Positions 49,656 to 60,126 are shown, counted from the stretch's first letter. The stretch is 64,000 bases of DNA from Chloroflexota bacterium (GCA_964291655.2 OZ219802.1:1312001-1376000), one strand, 5' to 3'. The notes: generated from the sequence alone by a model not told the origin. Translations and numbers: made by a program.

Positions 49656-52600
49656 ATGAATGAGAAAAAGCTTATCACCGCAGTTGAAAGCTACTTTGCC
49701 GACTTGCGGCGGATACGCGCTTCTGGCGGCGCGACTGACGAGCGCTCGCTTTACCCGCCGCTGTCTACTCTTTTGAATGCCGTCGGTGACGCCCTCAAGC
49801 CCAAGGTTCACTGTGTCAGCGACATGGCCAACCAAGGTGCGGGGCACCCCGATTTTGGCCTCTATTTGAAACGTAAGTCTTCTGGCTCGTCCTCGAAAGC
49901 GGGCAAGAAATCGAGCGGAGACTTGCCGGAGCGGGGTGTTGTCGAAGTCAAGTCCCTCGGTGACGACGCCTGGCTCACCGCCGAGAGCGCCCAGGTAAGC
50001 CGTTATTGGGAGCGCTACCGGCTCGTGTTGGTGACCAACTGCCGCGATTTCGTGCTGTTGGGCGAGGATGCGCGGGGTCGGCCGGCTAAGCTGGAAACTT
50101 TTCGACTGGCAGGGAGTGCTGCGGAATTTGAAGAACGGCTGCAGAAGCCCCGCGCTTTTGCCCGCGAGGTCGGCGCGGGACTCGGTGAATACCTCTGCCG
50201 CACGCTTTCACACCGCGCGGTGCTGGCTGAGCCGCGCGACCTTGCGTGGCTGCTCGCTTCCTACGCCCGCGACGGCCTGGCACGTGTTGAGGCGGCAGGT
50301 GACGCGCCGTCTCTGACCGCAGTGCGCAATGCTTTGGAAGAAGCGCTTGGTGTTCGTTTCGAGGGCGAGCGGGGCGCGGCCTTTTTCCGTTCCACGCTCG
50401 TGCAGACGCTTTTCTATGGTGTCTTTTCCGCTTGGGTATTGTGGTCGCGTCAGTTACCGCCGCCGGTGGGCGCATTTGAATGGCGTACCGCCGTTTGGCA
50501 CCTGCGCGCGCCGGTGTTGCGGGCGCTATTCCAACAGCTTTCCGACCCCGCCCGCCTGCAAACGCTGGGCTTGGTCGAGGTGCTCAACTGGACCGCCGCC
50601 GCGCTTGACCGGGTGGACAAGGAAGCCTTCTTCGCCAGTTTCAGCGAAGGCGAGGCGGTTCCCTACTTCTACGAGCCGTTCTTGGAAGCTTTCGATCCCG
50701 TGCTGCGCAAGCAACTGGGCGTCTGGTATACACCCGTAGAGGTGGTGCGCTACATGGTGGCGCGGGTGGACAAGGCGCTTAAGGACGATCTCGGCATCGA
50801 GGACGGATTGGCGGACGAAAGAGTCTACGTGCTCGATCCCTGTTGCGGCACCGGCGCGTATCTGGCCGAAACGCTGCGCCGCATCGCGGAGAATCTCCAA
50901 AGCCGGGGTACGGGCGCGCTCACCGGTGCGCAGGTGAAGCGGGCGGCCACGGAGCGGGTCTTCGGCTTCGAGATCATGCCCGCTCCTTTCGTAGTGGCCC
51001 ACCTCCAGGTCGGCCTCACCATGCAAGCCCTCGACGCGCCGTTAGCGGAGGACGGCGACGAGCGCGCCGGTATTTTCCTCACCAACGCCCTCACCGGCTG
51101 GGAGCCGAAGACGCAGAAGCCGCTGCCCTTTCCCGAACTGGAGCAAGAGCGCGAGCGCGCCGACCTGGTGAAGCAGAACGCGCCTATTCTGGTGGTGCTC
51201 GGCAATCCGCCCTACAACGGCTTCGCCGGCATGGCGGTGGATGAGGAACGGGAACTCTCGGCGGCCTACCGCACCACCAAGCGCGTGCGCCGCCCTGAAG
51301 GCCAAGGGTTGAACGACCTCTATGTCCGCTTCTTCCGCATGGCCGAGCGCCGCATCGCCGAAGAGACCGGCCAAGGCATCGTCTGCTTCATCTCCAACTA
51401 TTCCTGGCTGGACGGCCTCTCCTTCACCGGCATGAGAGAACGCTACCTGGAGGCGTTTGACACCATCCGCATAGACAACCTGCACGGTGACCGCATAATT
51501 TCCGAATATGCGCCCGACGGCCGGACAAGTGAAACAGTCTTTTCAATTCGAGGAAAGTCACCAGGCATAAAGGTTGGCACCAGTATCACGATGCTATCAA
51601 AGAGACTTGCCAATTCATCAGAAGGCAAGCAAATCCTCTATCGAGACTTTGACCAAGCGAGAGCAGATGAAAGACGACAAGCGCTACTGGATAGTTTGAG
51701 CGCTCCCAGGATAGATTCGGGCTATGCAAACTTGGATCCCGAGATTCGGCTTGGGTTGCCGTTCAAACCAATGGCGGTCAGCGAGGACTGGTTCGACTGG
51801 CCTGCGCTGCCCGAACTCTTTCCAGCCTCGTTTCCGGGGGTCAAGACCAGCCGTGACTCGTTCCTCGTTGACGTTGATCTCAATCGGCTGAAGGCACGGG
51901 TAGTGGATTACTTTGACGGGGAACTAAGCCATGAAGAGATTGCGCGGCGCTATCCGGGCGTTATGCGTAGCACATCGGGATTTAATGCTCGCTCCATCCG
52001 AAATGCGCTGCTTGACCGAGGTGGGCCAATTGAGGGCGGATTCATACACTACGCCTACCGGCCTTTCGACACCCGCTGGCTTTACTGCGAAACGGAAGGC
52101 GGACTGCTGGACCGGCCCCGCTCAGAATACGGGCCGCATGTGTTCGAGGGAAACGTGTGGCTTGAAGCTCGAGAAAGAGAAGCCCGAGAAGATTTCTCGC
52201 GCGGCACACTGTGTCGCACTCTCGCGGACAACTTCGGCAACGGACTCTCCAGCTTCTTTCCCGCCTGGCTGCGTGACACCGGACTCGGAGCCGACGAAAC
52301 GACCGTGCAGCGTATTCCCAATCTTTCGCCTGCCGCGCAGCGTTACCTCGACCGTCTCGGATTGGGCGTGGAAGACCTCTTCTACCACGCGCTGGCCGTG
52401 CTCCACGATCCCGCCTACCGCCAGGCCAACGCCGGTGCCCTGCGCATGGAGTGGCCGCGCATCCCGCTGCCCGGCTGGCCTGAGTTATCCGTTTCGTCCC
52501 CCGCTGGTAGGGGCGGTTCGCGAACCGCCCCTACGGTCGTGCCACACGGGGACGCGCCTGCCGCGGACCACTCCGTCGTTCCCTTGAAAACGGGAACCCA

Positions 52601-53219
52601 TCCGGCCTCCGACGCAGCGCACGCCTTGGCCGCCTCCGCCGCCCGCGGCCGGCAACTGGCCCACCTCCTCGACTCCGACACCCCCGTGCCCGGCGTCACC
52701 ACAAGCAACCTGCGGCCCGATATGATCGCCATCGCCCAGCCCGCCACCACCGACGACCGCAACATGACCGGCGACGACTTCGGCCTCACCGCCGGCTGGG
52801 GGCACTTTGGCAGCGGCGAAGCCGTCATGCCAGGCCAGGGCAAGGCGATCGAGCGCCCTTACACCCCAGCCGAACGCGAGGCCCTCAACCATGCGCATCC
52901 CGCCGCTGGCAATGCGGAACGCGACGCCCTAGGCAATGCACAACCCACGTCCGCCACGCCCGCCGGACACGACACGCTAGCCGTCCTCGGCGAAACCACC
53001 TACGACATCTACCTCAACGACCGCGCCTACTGGCGCAACGTCCCCGCCAACGTCTGGCGCTACAAACTCGGCGGCTACCAAGTCCTCAAGAAATGGCTCT
53101 CCTACCGCGAACAAACAGTCCTAGGCCGCCCCCTCAAGTTAGACGAGGTGCTGCATTTCACAGACACCGCCAGACGCATCGGGGCTATACTGCTGGTGAC
53201 GGATTCGGATTTCATGTAG
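49656..53219 (+). CDS. Single-polypeptide restriction-modification protein (Type IIG / Type ISP-like, N6-adenine MTase)
   Basis: N-terminal PDF...EVK nuclease-like motif, LGVWYTP, LDPCCGTG (motif I), GNPPY (motif IV), YRPFD, C-terminal VWRYKLGGYQVLKKWLSYR as in the ISP C-terminal domain; no helicase motifs seen. Confidence 0.85.
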   Translation: MNEKKLITAVESYFADLRRIRASGGATDERSLYPPLSTLLNAVGDALKPKVHCVSDMANQGAGHPDFGLYLKRKSSGSSSKAGKKSSGDLPERGVVEVKSLGDDAWLTAESAQVSRYWERYRLVLVTNCRDFVLLGEDARGRPAKLETFRLAGSAAEFEERLQKPRAFAREVGAGLGEYLCRTLSHRAVLAEPRDLAWLLASYARDGLARVEAAGDAPSLTAVRNALEEALGVRFEGERGAAFFRSTLVQTLFYGVFSAWVLWSRQLPPPVGAFEWRTAVWHLRAPVLRALFQQLSDPARLQTLGLVEVLNWTAAALDRVDKEAFFASFSEGEAVPYFYEPFLEAFDPVLRKQLGVWYTPVEVVRYMVARVDKALKDDLGIEDGLADERVYVLDPCCGTGAYLAETLRRIAENLQSRGTGALTGAQVKRAATERVFGFEIMPAPFVVAHLQVGLTMQALDAPLAEDGDERAGIFLTNALTGWEPKTQKPLPFPELEQERERADLVKQNAPILVVLGNPPYNGFAGMAVDEERELSAAYRTTKRVRRPEGQGLNDLYVRFFRMAERRIAEETGQGIVCFISNYSWLDGLSFTGMRERYLEAFDTIRIDNLHGDRIISEYAPDGRTSETVFSIRGKSPGIKVGTSITMLSKRLANSSEGKQILYRDFDQARADERRQALLDSLSAPRIDSGYANLDPEIRLGLPFKPMAVSEDWFDWPALPELFPASFPGVKTSRDSFLVDVDLNRLKARVVDYFDGELSHEEIARRYPGVMRSTSGFNARSIRNALLDRGGPIEGGFIHYAYRPFDTRWLYCETEGGLLDRPRSEYGPHVFEGNVWLEAREREAREDFSRGTLCRTLADNFGNGLSSFFPAWLRDTGLGADETTVQRIPNLSPAAQRYLDRLGLGVEDLFYHALAVLHDPAYRQANAGALRMEWPRIPLPGWPELSVSSPAGRGGSRTAPTVVPHGDAPAADHSVVPLKTGTHPASDAAHALAASAARGRQLAHLLDSDTPVPGVTTSNLRPDMIAIAQPATTDDRNMTGDDFGLTAGWGHFGSGEAVMPGQGKAIERPYTPAEREALNHAHPAAGNAERDALGNAQPTSATPAGHDTLAVLGETTYDIYLNDRAYWRNVPANVWRYKLGGYQVLKKWLSYREQTVLGRPLKLDEVLHFTDTARRIGAILLVTDSDFM

Positions 53220-53335
53220 AGGAAAGCTTCAGATAGCATCGTCAGTCACGAGTAAGTGCAATTTGCTGAGGCCCAGCAAGAATCTGTTGATAGTTACATG
53301 GAATCGACACAAAGTAGATTGGAGGATACTTTCAA

Positions 53336-54337
53336 ATGACCGAAATCGTTGCGATTGTTGCGAGGACCGGAGTAGTCGAACAAGGTGGTGTCAGGACGCG
53401 GATCACAAAAGAGGCAATTGAATCTATCCCAGAGCAGATCGGTGGAGACTGGGCTATACCCGTGGTACCTGACCATGACCCATTCTGCTTGCCTATCGGG
53501 AAAATAAGGGAAGCTTGGGTTGAACCGCACGGAGACGAGTACGCTGTAATTGCTCGCATGCACATTGAAGATGATCCATCGATTGAAGTGCACATTAGGT
53601 CCGGAGCTGAGCTCGTACACTTGAATTTTGAAGATTGTCCCAAACCTTTCATACAAAGAAGATACGGGCATACAGAGTTACCGACGGTTACCTTGTCAGT
53701 CGACTTGGCGAACTTCGACGATTTGGAAGACTACTCTGAATTCGCAAATGATGTCAGTCTAATAGACAACAGGATTATTTGTGACAGTGCAATAGGGCGA
53801 CACTCACTTGTACCTGAGCCTCTCATAAAGTTCGTGCTATCCGATCCGGAGATGTGCGCGGCCCTAGCGATTGGAGTGTGGGCCCTAAGAAGAGCCGAAA
53901 AATTCGTCCGCTACACTGTTGATGAGACACTAAGGAAGGTGGCAGACGGCATCTCTGACTCTCTAAGTATTAAGATTAGAGATATCTTGAGAGCATACAG
54001 AAGTCATCAATCAGAGCAGAGTAGTTCATCTGTAACCCAAATTGTTATACCAGGCAATACGGAACTGATCCTGCTAGTGAAAACGGACCTTGACGAAGAA
54101 TTCCCAACTCTAGATCTGAAAAAGCTAACGGCAGAGATGGAAATGTATGGTGACCTGTTGCAAGAAGCAAGCAGTGCTACTTTTGCTCGAGTAGGAGTTA
54201 ACGACTGGAAGCTCCAGTACCTAACTACACGAACGGGGAAGGTAGTCGCAACGCTCAACTGCCACGAGAGAACCAAGAAACTGATGCGTGACATGGAACG
54301 AGATCAGTGTTCAATAGATTTCTCTTCGGGAGATTGA
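53336..54337 (+). CDS. Hypothetical protein, AT-richer than flanks
   Basis: 333-aa ORF with GGAGG RBS and atypical codon usage. Confidence 0.7.
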   Translation: MTEIVAIVARTGVVEQGGVRTRITKEAIESIPEQIGGDWAIPVVPDHDPFCLPIGKIREAWVEPHGDEYAVIARMHIEDDPSIEVHIRSGAELVHLNFEDCPKPFIQRRYGHTELPTVTLSVDLANFDDLEDYSEFANDVSLIDNRIICDSAIGRHSLVPEPLIKFVLSDPEMCAALAIGVWALRRAEKFVRYTVDETLRKVADGISDSLSIKIRDILRAYRSHQSEQSSSSVTQIVIPGNTELILLVKTDLDEEFPTLDLKKLTAEMEMYGDLLQEASSATFARVGVNDWKLQYLTTRTGKVVATLNCHERTKKLMRDMERDQCSIDFSSGD

Positions 54338-54426
54338 CTTAGCCTGCGGCTTGCCAGCGGCATACAAGTGAGCGCTTGTGTCAGACCCCCAATGAGGATT
54401 TCACCCCTGTCTGCACCAGAATAGGG

Positions 54427-54594
54427 TTATTTTTTCTTCGGCGGCGGGGGTGGAGGCGGGGGCGGCTTGACGGCTTGCAGGAGATTGGACGAGTCTGCCG
54501 GGTCCTGGGAGCGGCCAAAAGCGGCGCGCTTGCGCGCGGGCTGAGCTTGCAACGCTCTGCGCCTCTTTGGCGAAGGGTTCGGTTCTTTAGCCAT
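54427..54594 (-). CDS. Small basic proline-tailed protein (55 aa)
   Basis: GGAGG RBS 7 nt before ATG; MAKEPNPSPKRRR...KPPPPPPPPKKK. Confidence 0.5.
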   Translation of the reverse strand: MAKEPNPSPKRRRALQAQPARKRAAFGRSQDPADSSNLLQAVKPPPPPPPPPKKK

Positions 54595-54643
54595 GGGTTT
54601 ACCTCCGGACACGTTACACGTTCTCACTGCTGCACCTTTCACG

Positions 54644-54696
54644 TAAAACGCAAAAGCACGCTGGAGTGCAGCGTGCTGACCAGATGCTTTTGCGTT
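54644..54696 (-). terminator. Hairpin downstream of tRNA-Met
   Basis: AACGCAAAAGCA...TGCTTTTGCGTT inverted repeat. Confidence 0.5.
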
Positions 54697-54699
54697 GTG

Positions 54700-54774
54700 T
54701 GGTGGCGGGGGTGAGACTCGAACTCACAACCTAGGGCTTATGAGTCCCCCGCTCTGCCTTTGAGCTACCCCGCC
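54700..54774 (-). tRNA. tRNA-Met (CAT), elongator type
   Basis: GGCGGGGTAGCTCAAAGGCAGAGCGGGGGACTCATAAGCCCTAGGTTGTGAGTTCGAGTCTCACCCCCGCCACCA; G1-C72 pair, CCA encoded. Confidence 0.92.
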
Positions 54775-55093
54775 AAGTCGTGCCTGCGCCTGCTTTGTAC
54801 CTCTGCATCGTAATGACGTCCTGTCGATTCACCCTCACCCCGGCCCTCTCCCTCAGGGAGAGGGGGTCTTCCCTGGTCTTAGCCCTCTCTCAAGGAGAAG
54901 GGTTTTCCCTGAACATAGCTCTCTCCCTCAGAGAGAGAGTTGCCCTGGACACAGCCCTCATCTTAAGGAAGAGGGAGCAAACCCGGAGCTTGGACTTGCG
55001 AGTGGACTACGTTGAAAGGTGCCAAATCACCGCTGCGAATACCGGCAAAGACGGATGCCATCTAGCGGTACCACGGCGGCAGACGCAAACAAG

Positions 55094-55166
55094 TGGGCCC
55101 ACCTGGATTCGAACCAGGGACCTTCTCCTTATGAGGGAGCAGCTCTAACCACTGAGCTATGGGCCC
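55094..55166 (-). tRNA. tRNA with CAT anticodon, probably tRNA-Ile2 (lysidine)
   Basis: GGGCCCATAGCTCAGTGGTTAGAGC..CTCATAA..GGTTCGAATCCAGGTGGGCCCA; GGGCCC acceptor stem typical of Ile2; no encoded CCA. Confidence 0.88.
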
Positions 55167-55418
55167 CGGCCACGCCGCTTTGCAGCACGCGTGACTCCCT
55201 TGCATTATACGAAGCCGTTCACAGCAGCGTCAATTGAGGCGCGCGCTACACAGACGCTACCCAGAATTGCAATGCGTGGTCGGCTTAGCCGGAACGCCTA
55301 TTGGATTCAAGCGTGGTACCATGCTGGCAAAGCGCCGGGACAGGCGCCGGCACGGTATGTGCGTGACTCTCACCAATTCAGGCGCATCAAATGTCAGAGA
55401 ACAAGGGGAGACCTCTCG

Positions 55419-56372
55419 ATGGCTCGGTTTCTTACGGAAGAAGACGTGCGGCAACTACTGCCAATGGATGAAGCGCTGGAACAGGTGGAGGCCTGTTTTC
55501 GTGCGCTCGGCACAGGGCAAGCGCGCAACCAGCCGCGCCGCCGCATCCGCATGCCCGGCGGCATGATGCACGTGATGTCCGCCGGCGACAGGGGGCTCGG
55601 CGTCTTTGGGCACAAGGTCTATACCACCACGCGGCAGGGCGCAAAATTCCTGGTTACGCTCTACAGCACGGAAGACGGCCGGACGCTCGCGGTGCTGGAA
55701 GCCGGACTGATCGGCGCGATCCGCACGGGGGCTGCCAGCGGCATTGCGACCAAGTACCTGGCAAATCCCAATGCGTCGGTGCTGGGCGTACTCGGCACAG
55801 GCAAGCAATCGCCGACGCAGATTCAGGCGATCTGCGCGGTGCGGCCAATCTCGCAAGTGCTCGTGTACAGCCGGAACGCGGAGCGGCGCGAGGCATTTGC
55901 GGCGGAGATGGCGGACGCACTGGGCATTCCGGTGACGGCGGCGAGCAGCGCACAAGAGGCCGTCGAGCCCGCCGACGTGGTGGCGGCCATTACCGCTAGC
56001 AAACAACCGGTGCTGGCAGGCGCGTGGCTCAAACCCGGCGTCCACGTGAACGCTGCCGGCAACAACATGCTCACGGAGCAGGAAGTGGATGCTGATGTCT
56101 TCCGGCGCGCGTGGCTCGTCACCACCGATTCGCTTGAGGGCGCCAAGATCGAATGCGGCGACCTGCTGGCGGCGGTAGACCCGGGCATCGTGCAGTGGGA
56201 GGACGTGATCGAGATCGGCCAGGTCGTGGCAGGACGGCACCCGGTTGATCGCCCGGACGACGCGATTACGGTCTACGAGTCGCAGGGCATCGCGGCGGAA
56301 GACCTCTATGCCGCCGTACATGTGCTGCGCAAGGCGGAGGCACAGGGGATCGGGACAGAACTGCCGTTCTAG
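55419..56372 (+). CDS. Ornithine cyclodeaminase / mu-crystallin family protein
   Basis: [32 protein letters not shown]. Confidence 0.88.
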   Translation: MARFLTEEDVRQLLPMDEALEQVEACFRALGTGQARNQPRRRIRMPGGMMHVMSAGDRGLGVFGHKVYTTTRQGAKFLVTLYSTEDGRTLAVLEAGLIGAIRTGAASGIATKYLANPNASVLGVLGTGKQSPTQIQAICAVRPISQVLVYSRNAERREAFAAEMADALGIPVTAASSAQEAVEPADVVAAITASKQPVLAGAWLKPGVHVNAAGNNMLTEQEVDADVFRRAWLVTTDSLEGAKIECGDLLAAVDPGIVQWEDVIEIGQVVAGRHPVDRPDDAITVYESQGIAAEDLYAAVHVLRKAEAQGIGTELPF

Positions 56373-56879
56373 CCGCCGGGCACACGCGGCCTCGTGTGGT
56401 CTTCATGCGAAGCGCGTGGGCCTGGTTAATGCAGCCTTGGGAATGCGTTGCCTTCGATGCAGTCACGCCGTCTTCGACAAGGTCGTTCGATCCTCGCTGC
56501 CAGGACGTTGCCCGGGGGCTTGGCCCCCGCTCCTTGCCGATCACAAGGAGGAGCGGGTTGCCGTGCTTATACGGAGAGGATGGATTCCCGCGTGCGCGGG
56601 AATGACGGACGATGCGCCTCTCCCGTTGGCCTCTCACACTCGTTCATTTGGAGGACTTCTATAGCATAATAATGATGGGCCGGGGACGCAGGTTTGAAAC
56701 CTGCGCTACCAAGACAAGTCATCGCACACGTTAGCGACAAGAATAGGGCGGCTCCTTGTAGCGCGGGGGCTTGTCCCCCGCTCCTTGCCGAGCTTGCTGC
56801 AGATTATCTTGAAAGAGGTGCTTGCCACACCGTTGCCATTCAACGGAGGCAATGTTCGCTGCCTCCGCCGCAGACACTT

Positions 56880-57431
56880 TCAAAGCCCCAATTCGTCGGA
56901 AATTCCCTGCAATGCCGTCAGGTTGATGGCGGCGAATTCCGGCAGCGTAAAGCCGATCCCGCTGCAGGTCTCGATCTCCTCGCGCTTGGCAGAGGCGGCA
57001 AACGCCTTTTCCTTGTACTTGCGCATCACGAATTTTGGCGTGACCGACGCGAGCTTTTTGTCGGGACGCACCAGCGCGCAGGCGATGATGAGGCCGGAGA
57101 GGTTGTCGCAGGCGTAGAGGGCCTTATCCATCAGGCTTTCGCGGGGCACGCCGTGTTCGTCGCTGTGAGCTTGAACGGCATGGATCACGCGGGGATCGCA
57201 GTTGCGCTCCTCCAGCAGTTTCGCCATCAGCAGCGTATGCTGGGCCGGGTCCTTTTCCGTGGCTTCATAGTCAGCGTCGTGCATCAGGCCCGCCAGGCCC
57301 CACAGGTCTTCGTCTTCACCGAAGTGCCGCGCCAACTCACGCATGCACGCCTCTACGGCGAGGCAGTGCTTCACGAGATTCTTGTTCTTGAGCAATTCAA
57401 GGACGAGTTCCATGCCTTCTTCACGAGTCAT
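56880..57431 (-). CDS. HDIG-domain metal-dependent phosphohydrolase
   Basis: KHCLAVE, GLMHDAD, AHS, ALYACD, KAFAA. Confidence 0.85.
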   Translation of the reverse strand: MTREEGMELVLELLKNKNLVKHCLAVEACMRELARHFGEDEDLWGLAGLMHDADYEATEKDPAQHTLLMAKLLEERNCDPRVIHAVQAHSDEHGVPRESLMDKALYACDNLSGLIIACALVRPDKKLASVTPKFVMRKYKEKAFAASAKREEIETCSGIGFTLPEFAAINLTALQGISDELGL

Positions 57432-57755
57432 AGTCTGCGTGCTCCCGTAAGTGTTATCGCGCTACTCGCCTCTCCCGGAGCCCTATTGGCCTTCGGGAAT
57501 GCGGGCAAGCTATCGAGCCAGATAATGCAGGTCAAACGCCGAGTGCAGTATAGCAAGAGATCCGCGCATGCGCAGCCAACCATGCAGATGCAGACGCTTC
57601 ATGCAGGCCGGTTGGTGAGTGCGTACCCGTCGAAGCATCGACGTAGACAATAGGTAACAAAAGAGAGTGGATACTCACACAAATTCACAATCTGGCAACA
57701 ATCCCAAGATAGTTTTAGAGTGAGCACATAGATACTTTACAATCGTAGGGGAGGA

Positions 57756-58493
57756 ATGCGCTTGGATTCACAAACGATGATGAAATTTTCACGTCACTTC
57801 CTCCGACGGAGAGCGCTCCTCATACCGTTGGCGGCGGTGCTGGCAGCATGTAGCGGCCTGGGACGGAATAATACAGAAGAGCGAGCGACCCTATCGCAAG
57901 GGGCCGATGACGCCCCAACACCTGCCGCATCGGCACAAGCGCGGCCGTCTGCTGAGCAGTCGACGGCTGTCACACAGTCCGTCGCTGCAACAAAATTGCC
58001 TGCCACACCGGCATGTGAAGATGACGACGATCCCACGCCACCCCAAACTGCAGGCCCGTTCCACACGCCCAACACGCCGCTACGGACCTCGCTGCTGGAA
58101 TCCGGCTTCGCCGGTACCCGGCTGCTGCTCTCAGGCCAGGTGCTCTCCACGCAGTGCACGCCGCTTGCGGGCGCGCTGCTCGACTTCTGGCACACCAACG
58201 ACGCGGGTGAATACGACAACGAAGGGTACACTTTTCGCGGCCACCAGTTTGCCGACGACGCGGGACGCTTTACGTTGGAAACCATCGTCCCCGGCGTCTA
58301 TCCCGGTCGCACGCGCCACATTCACGTGCGCGTGCAAGCCCCGAACCAGCCTATCCTTACCACCCAGCTCTACTTTCCGGGGGAATCCGGCAACCAGGGC
58401 GACGGCATCTTCGATCCCGCCCTGCTCGTGAAGCTGGCAGATGCGGCGAACGGCAAAGAGGCCCAGTTCACCTTCGTGCTGGACGTGCCGTAA
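57756..58493 (+). CDS. Exported intradiol ring-cleavage dioxygenase-like lipoprotein
   Basis: LRRRALL + LAAC signal; GPF, DFWHTNDAGEY, FRG, PGVYPGRTRHIH, TTQLYF; start may be 57777. Confidence 0.82.
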   Translation: MRLDSQTMMKFSRHFLRRRALLIPLAAVLAACSGLGRNNTEERATLSQGADDAPTPAASAQARPSAEQSTAVTQSVAATKLPATPACEDDDDPTPPQTAGPFHTPNTPLRTSLLESGFAGTRLLLSGQVLSTQCTPLAGALLDFWHTNDAGEYDNEGYTFRGHQFADDAGRFTLETIVPGVYPGRTRHIHVRVQAPNQPILTTQLYFPGESGNQGDGIFDPALLVKLADAANGKEAQFTFVLDVP

Positions 58494-58776
58494 ACACGCG
58501 GGTGCAATGACTATTGTATGGTCGATCCGCAAGCGAGCTGGAGTGTCCCCCACCGCTGGCCTATAACGGTTGTTCCTCTGTCGACACCGCATTGCGCACA
58601 TAAACGCCCCCGTTTGAGCAACCTAGCGGACGCGCAAGAGCACAATGCCGGCGTCTGCGTACAGGCTTGGGTGTGGCTCCCACGGCGGCAAGGTTTACCC
58701 GGTATGCGGTGCTATACTGTAATGAAGTGAGCCAGCAGCAAGTGTTCCAGTCAACGGGGGACAAAGGAGTCGCCGG

Positions 58777-59379
58777 ATGGTCGGACGAATAGTCACGGGT
58801 CTCGTAGTCATCTTGGCGGCGATGGCGCTGGTCGCGTGCGATACGGCATCAACGGCTACGCAATCGGCAGCATCGCAGTCGCCGCTCGCCTCTCTGCCAA
58901 GCCTGGATGAGATCTCCCGGGAGGCAGAGCCCGGCCTTTACACCCAGGCCTTCGTGGCGGAGGCGATACGGCGCTACGACGCCGACGGGCGCGAAGCCAC
59001 GCTCGCGCACTTCAACAATCCGGCAAGCGTGGACGGCGAGTGGTACATGTTCATCATCGGCGAAGACGGTGAAGTGCTGGCGCATTCATCTATTCCGGAG
59101 AACGTCGGGCTCTTTGTAAGGAAGCCACTGGGGGTCGACGCCAACGGCTACGACTTCGGCACAGACATGCTCGCAGCCACCGAACAGGGAAGCTGGGTGA
59201 GCTATGTCTATGAAAATCCGGCCAGAGACAACTTGCTCGAGACTAAGCACGCGTGGGTAGTCAAACATGACGGCTTGATCTTCGCCTCCGGCTGGTATCA
59301 AGTCGACCGCTACGACGCCCCGCCGCAGCAGCGACCGCCGACCGATCCGAATAAGGTGATTGCGCAATCCGGGCATTGA
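58777..59379 (+). CDS. Lipoprotein with Cache-like domain
   Basis: Lipobox LVAC; YMFI, AH, DANG, GSWVSY..ENP, K..WV, SGWY. Confidence 0.7.
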   Translation: MVGRIVTGLVVILAAMALVACDTASTATQSAASQSPLASLPSLDEISREAEPGLYTQAFVAEAIRRYDADGREATLAHFNNPASVDGEWYMFIIGEDGEVLAHSSIPENVGLFVRKPLGVDANGYDFGTDMLAATEQGSWVSYVYENPARDNLLETKHAWVVKHDGLIFASGWYQVDRYDAPPQQRPPTDPNKVIAQSGH

Positions 59380-59655
59380 CGTGCTTGCATGTCCATTGGC
59401 GGACGCCATTCACTCGGATAGATCCCAGCCATTGATTGACGGCCAAGTAGGCGACTCAGTGAATCACAAAGAGTTGGATCCCCGCCTGGCGACGACGCAT
59501 ACGCTGAGCCGAAAGAGCGGTCACTCGCGGACTGAGATACACCGCAGTGCGTAGTGAACGACGCAAGGCCATCCCCAATGACGCTTCCCCAGAGGTGATC
59601 GCGGAGACAATTTCCGCCTCATGCGATTGAACGAGGCGCTGCTAGGAGCAAGGAC

Positions 59656-60126
59656 ATGCCCGGCAAGACATCGAAGAAGCCAGGCAAGACCGCCAAGAAG
59701 CCGTTACCCAGGTCTGCTGACGGCAAGGTAGTCCTGCTTTCCGGCGGCAATCCGCAGATCGCGAAGGCCGATGGCGATGCGCCCGTGCAGAAGTACATTG
59801 CGTATATGCCGGGTTGGAAGAGCGACCTGGGTCGCCGCCTCGACTCGGTCATCGAGCGCGAGGTGCCGAATGTGCAGAAGTGCGTGCGCTGGAATTCGCC
59901 CTTCTACGGCGTTGAGGGCATGGGCTGGTTCCTGAATGTCCACGTCTTCACCCACTACGTCAAGGTGACCTTTCTCAAAGGATCACTGATGGAATCTCAA
60001 CCGCCGGGCTCCGGCAAAGACCCGGACGCGCGCTGGATCGACATCTACGAGGACGCATTCGACGAGGAACAGTTTGCGGAGTGGGTGCGACAGTCAGCGG
60101 CCCTGCCCGGCTGGGACCTGCGGTGA
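59656..60126 (+). CDS. DUF1801-like protein
   Basis: LLSGGNPQIAK.DG, MPGWK, VRWNSPFYG, WVRQSAALPGW. Confidence 0.75.
   Translation: MPGKTSKKPGKTAKKPLPRSADGKVVLLSGGNPQIAKADGDAPVQKYIAYMPGWKSDLGRRLDSVIEREVPNVQKCVRWNSPFYGVEGMGWFLNVHVFTHYVKVTFLKGSLMESQPPGSGKDPDARWIDIYEDAFDEEQFAEWVRQSAALPGWDLR

Noticed and set aside
49400-54774. Integrative element at tRNA-Met
   Set aside because: No integrase and no convincing duplicated tRNA 3' end (att) found by eye.
55094-55166. Duplicate tRNA-Met
   Set aside because: The acceptor stem fits tRNA-Ile2(CAU), and lack of encoded CCA is common; not unusual.
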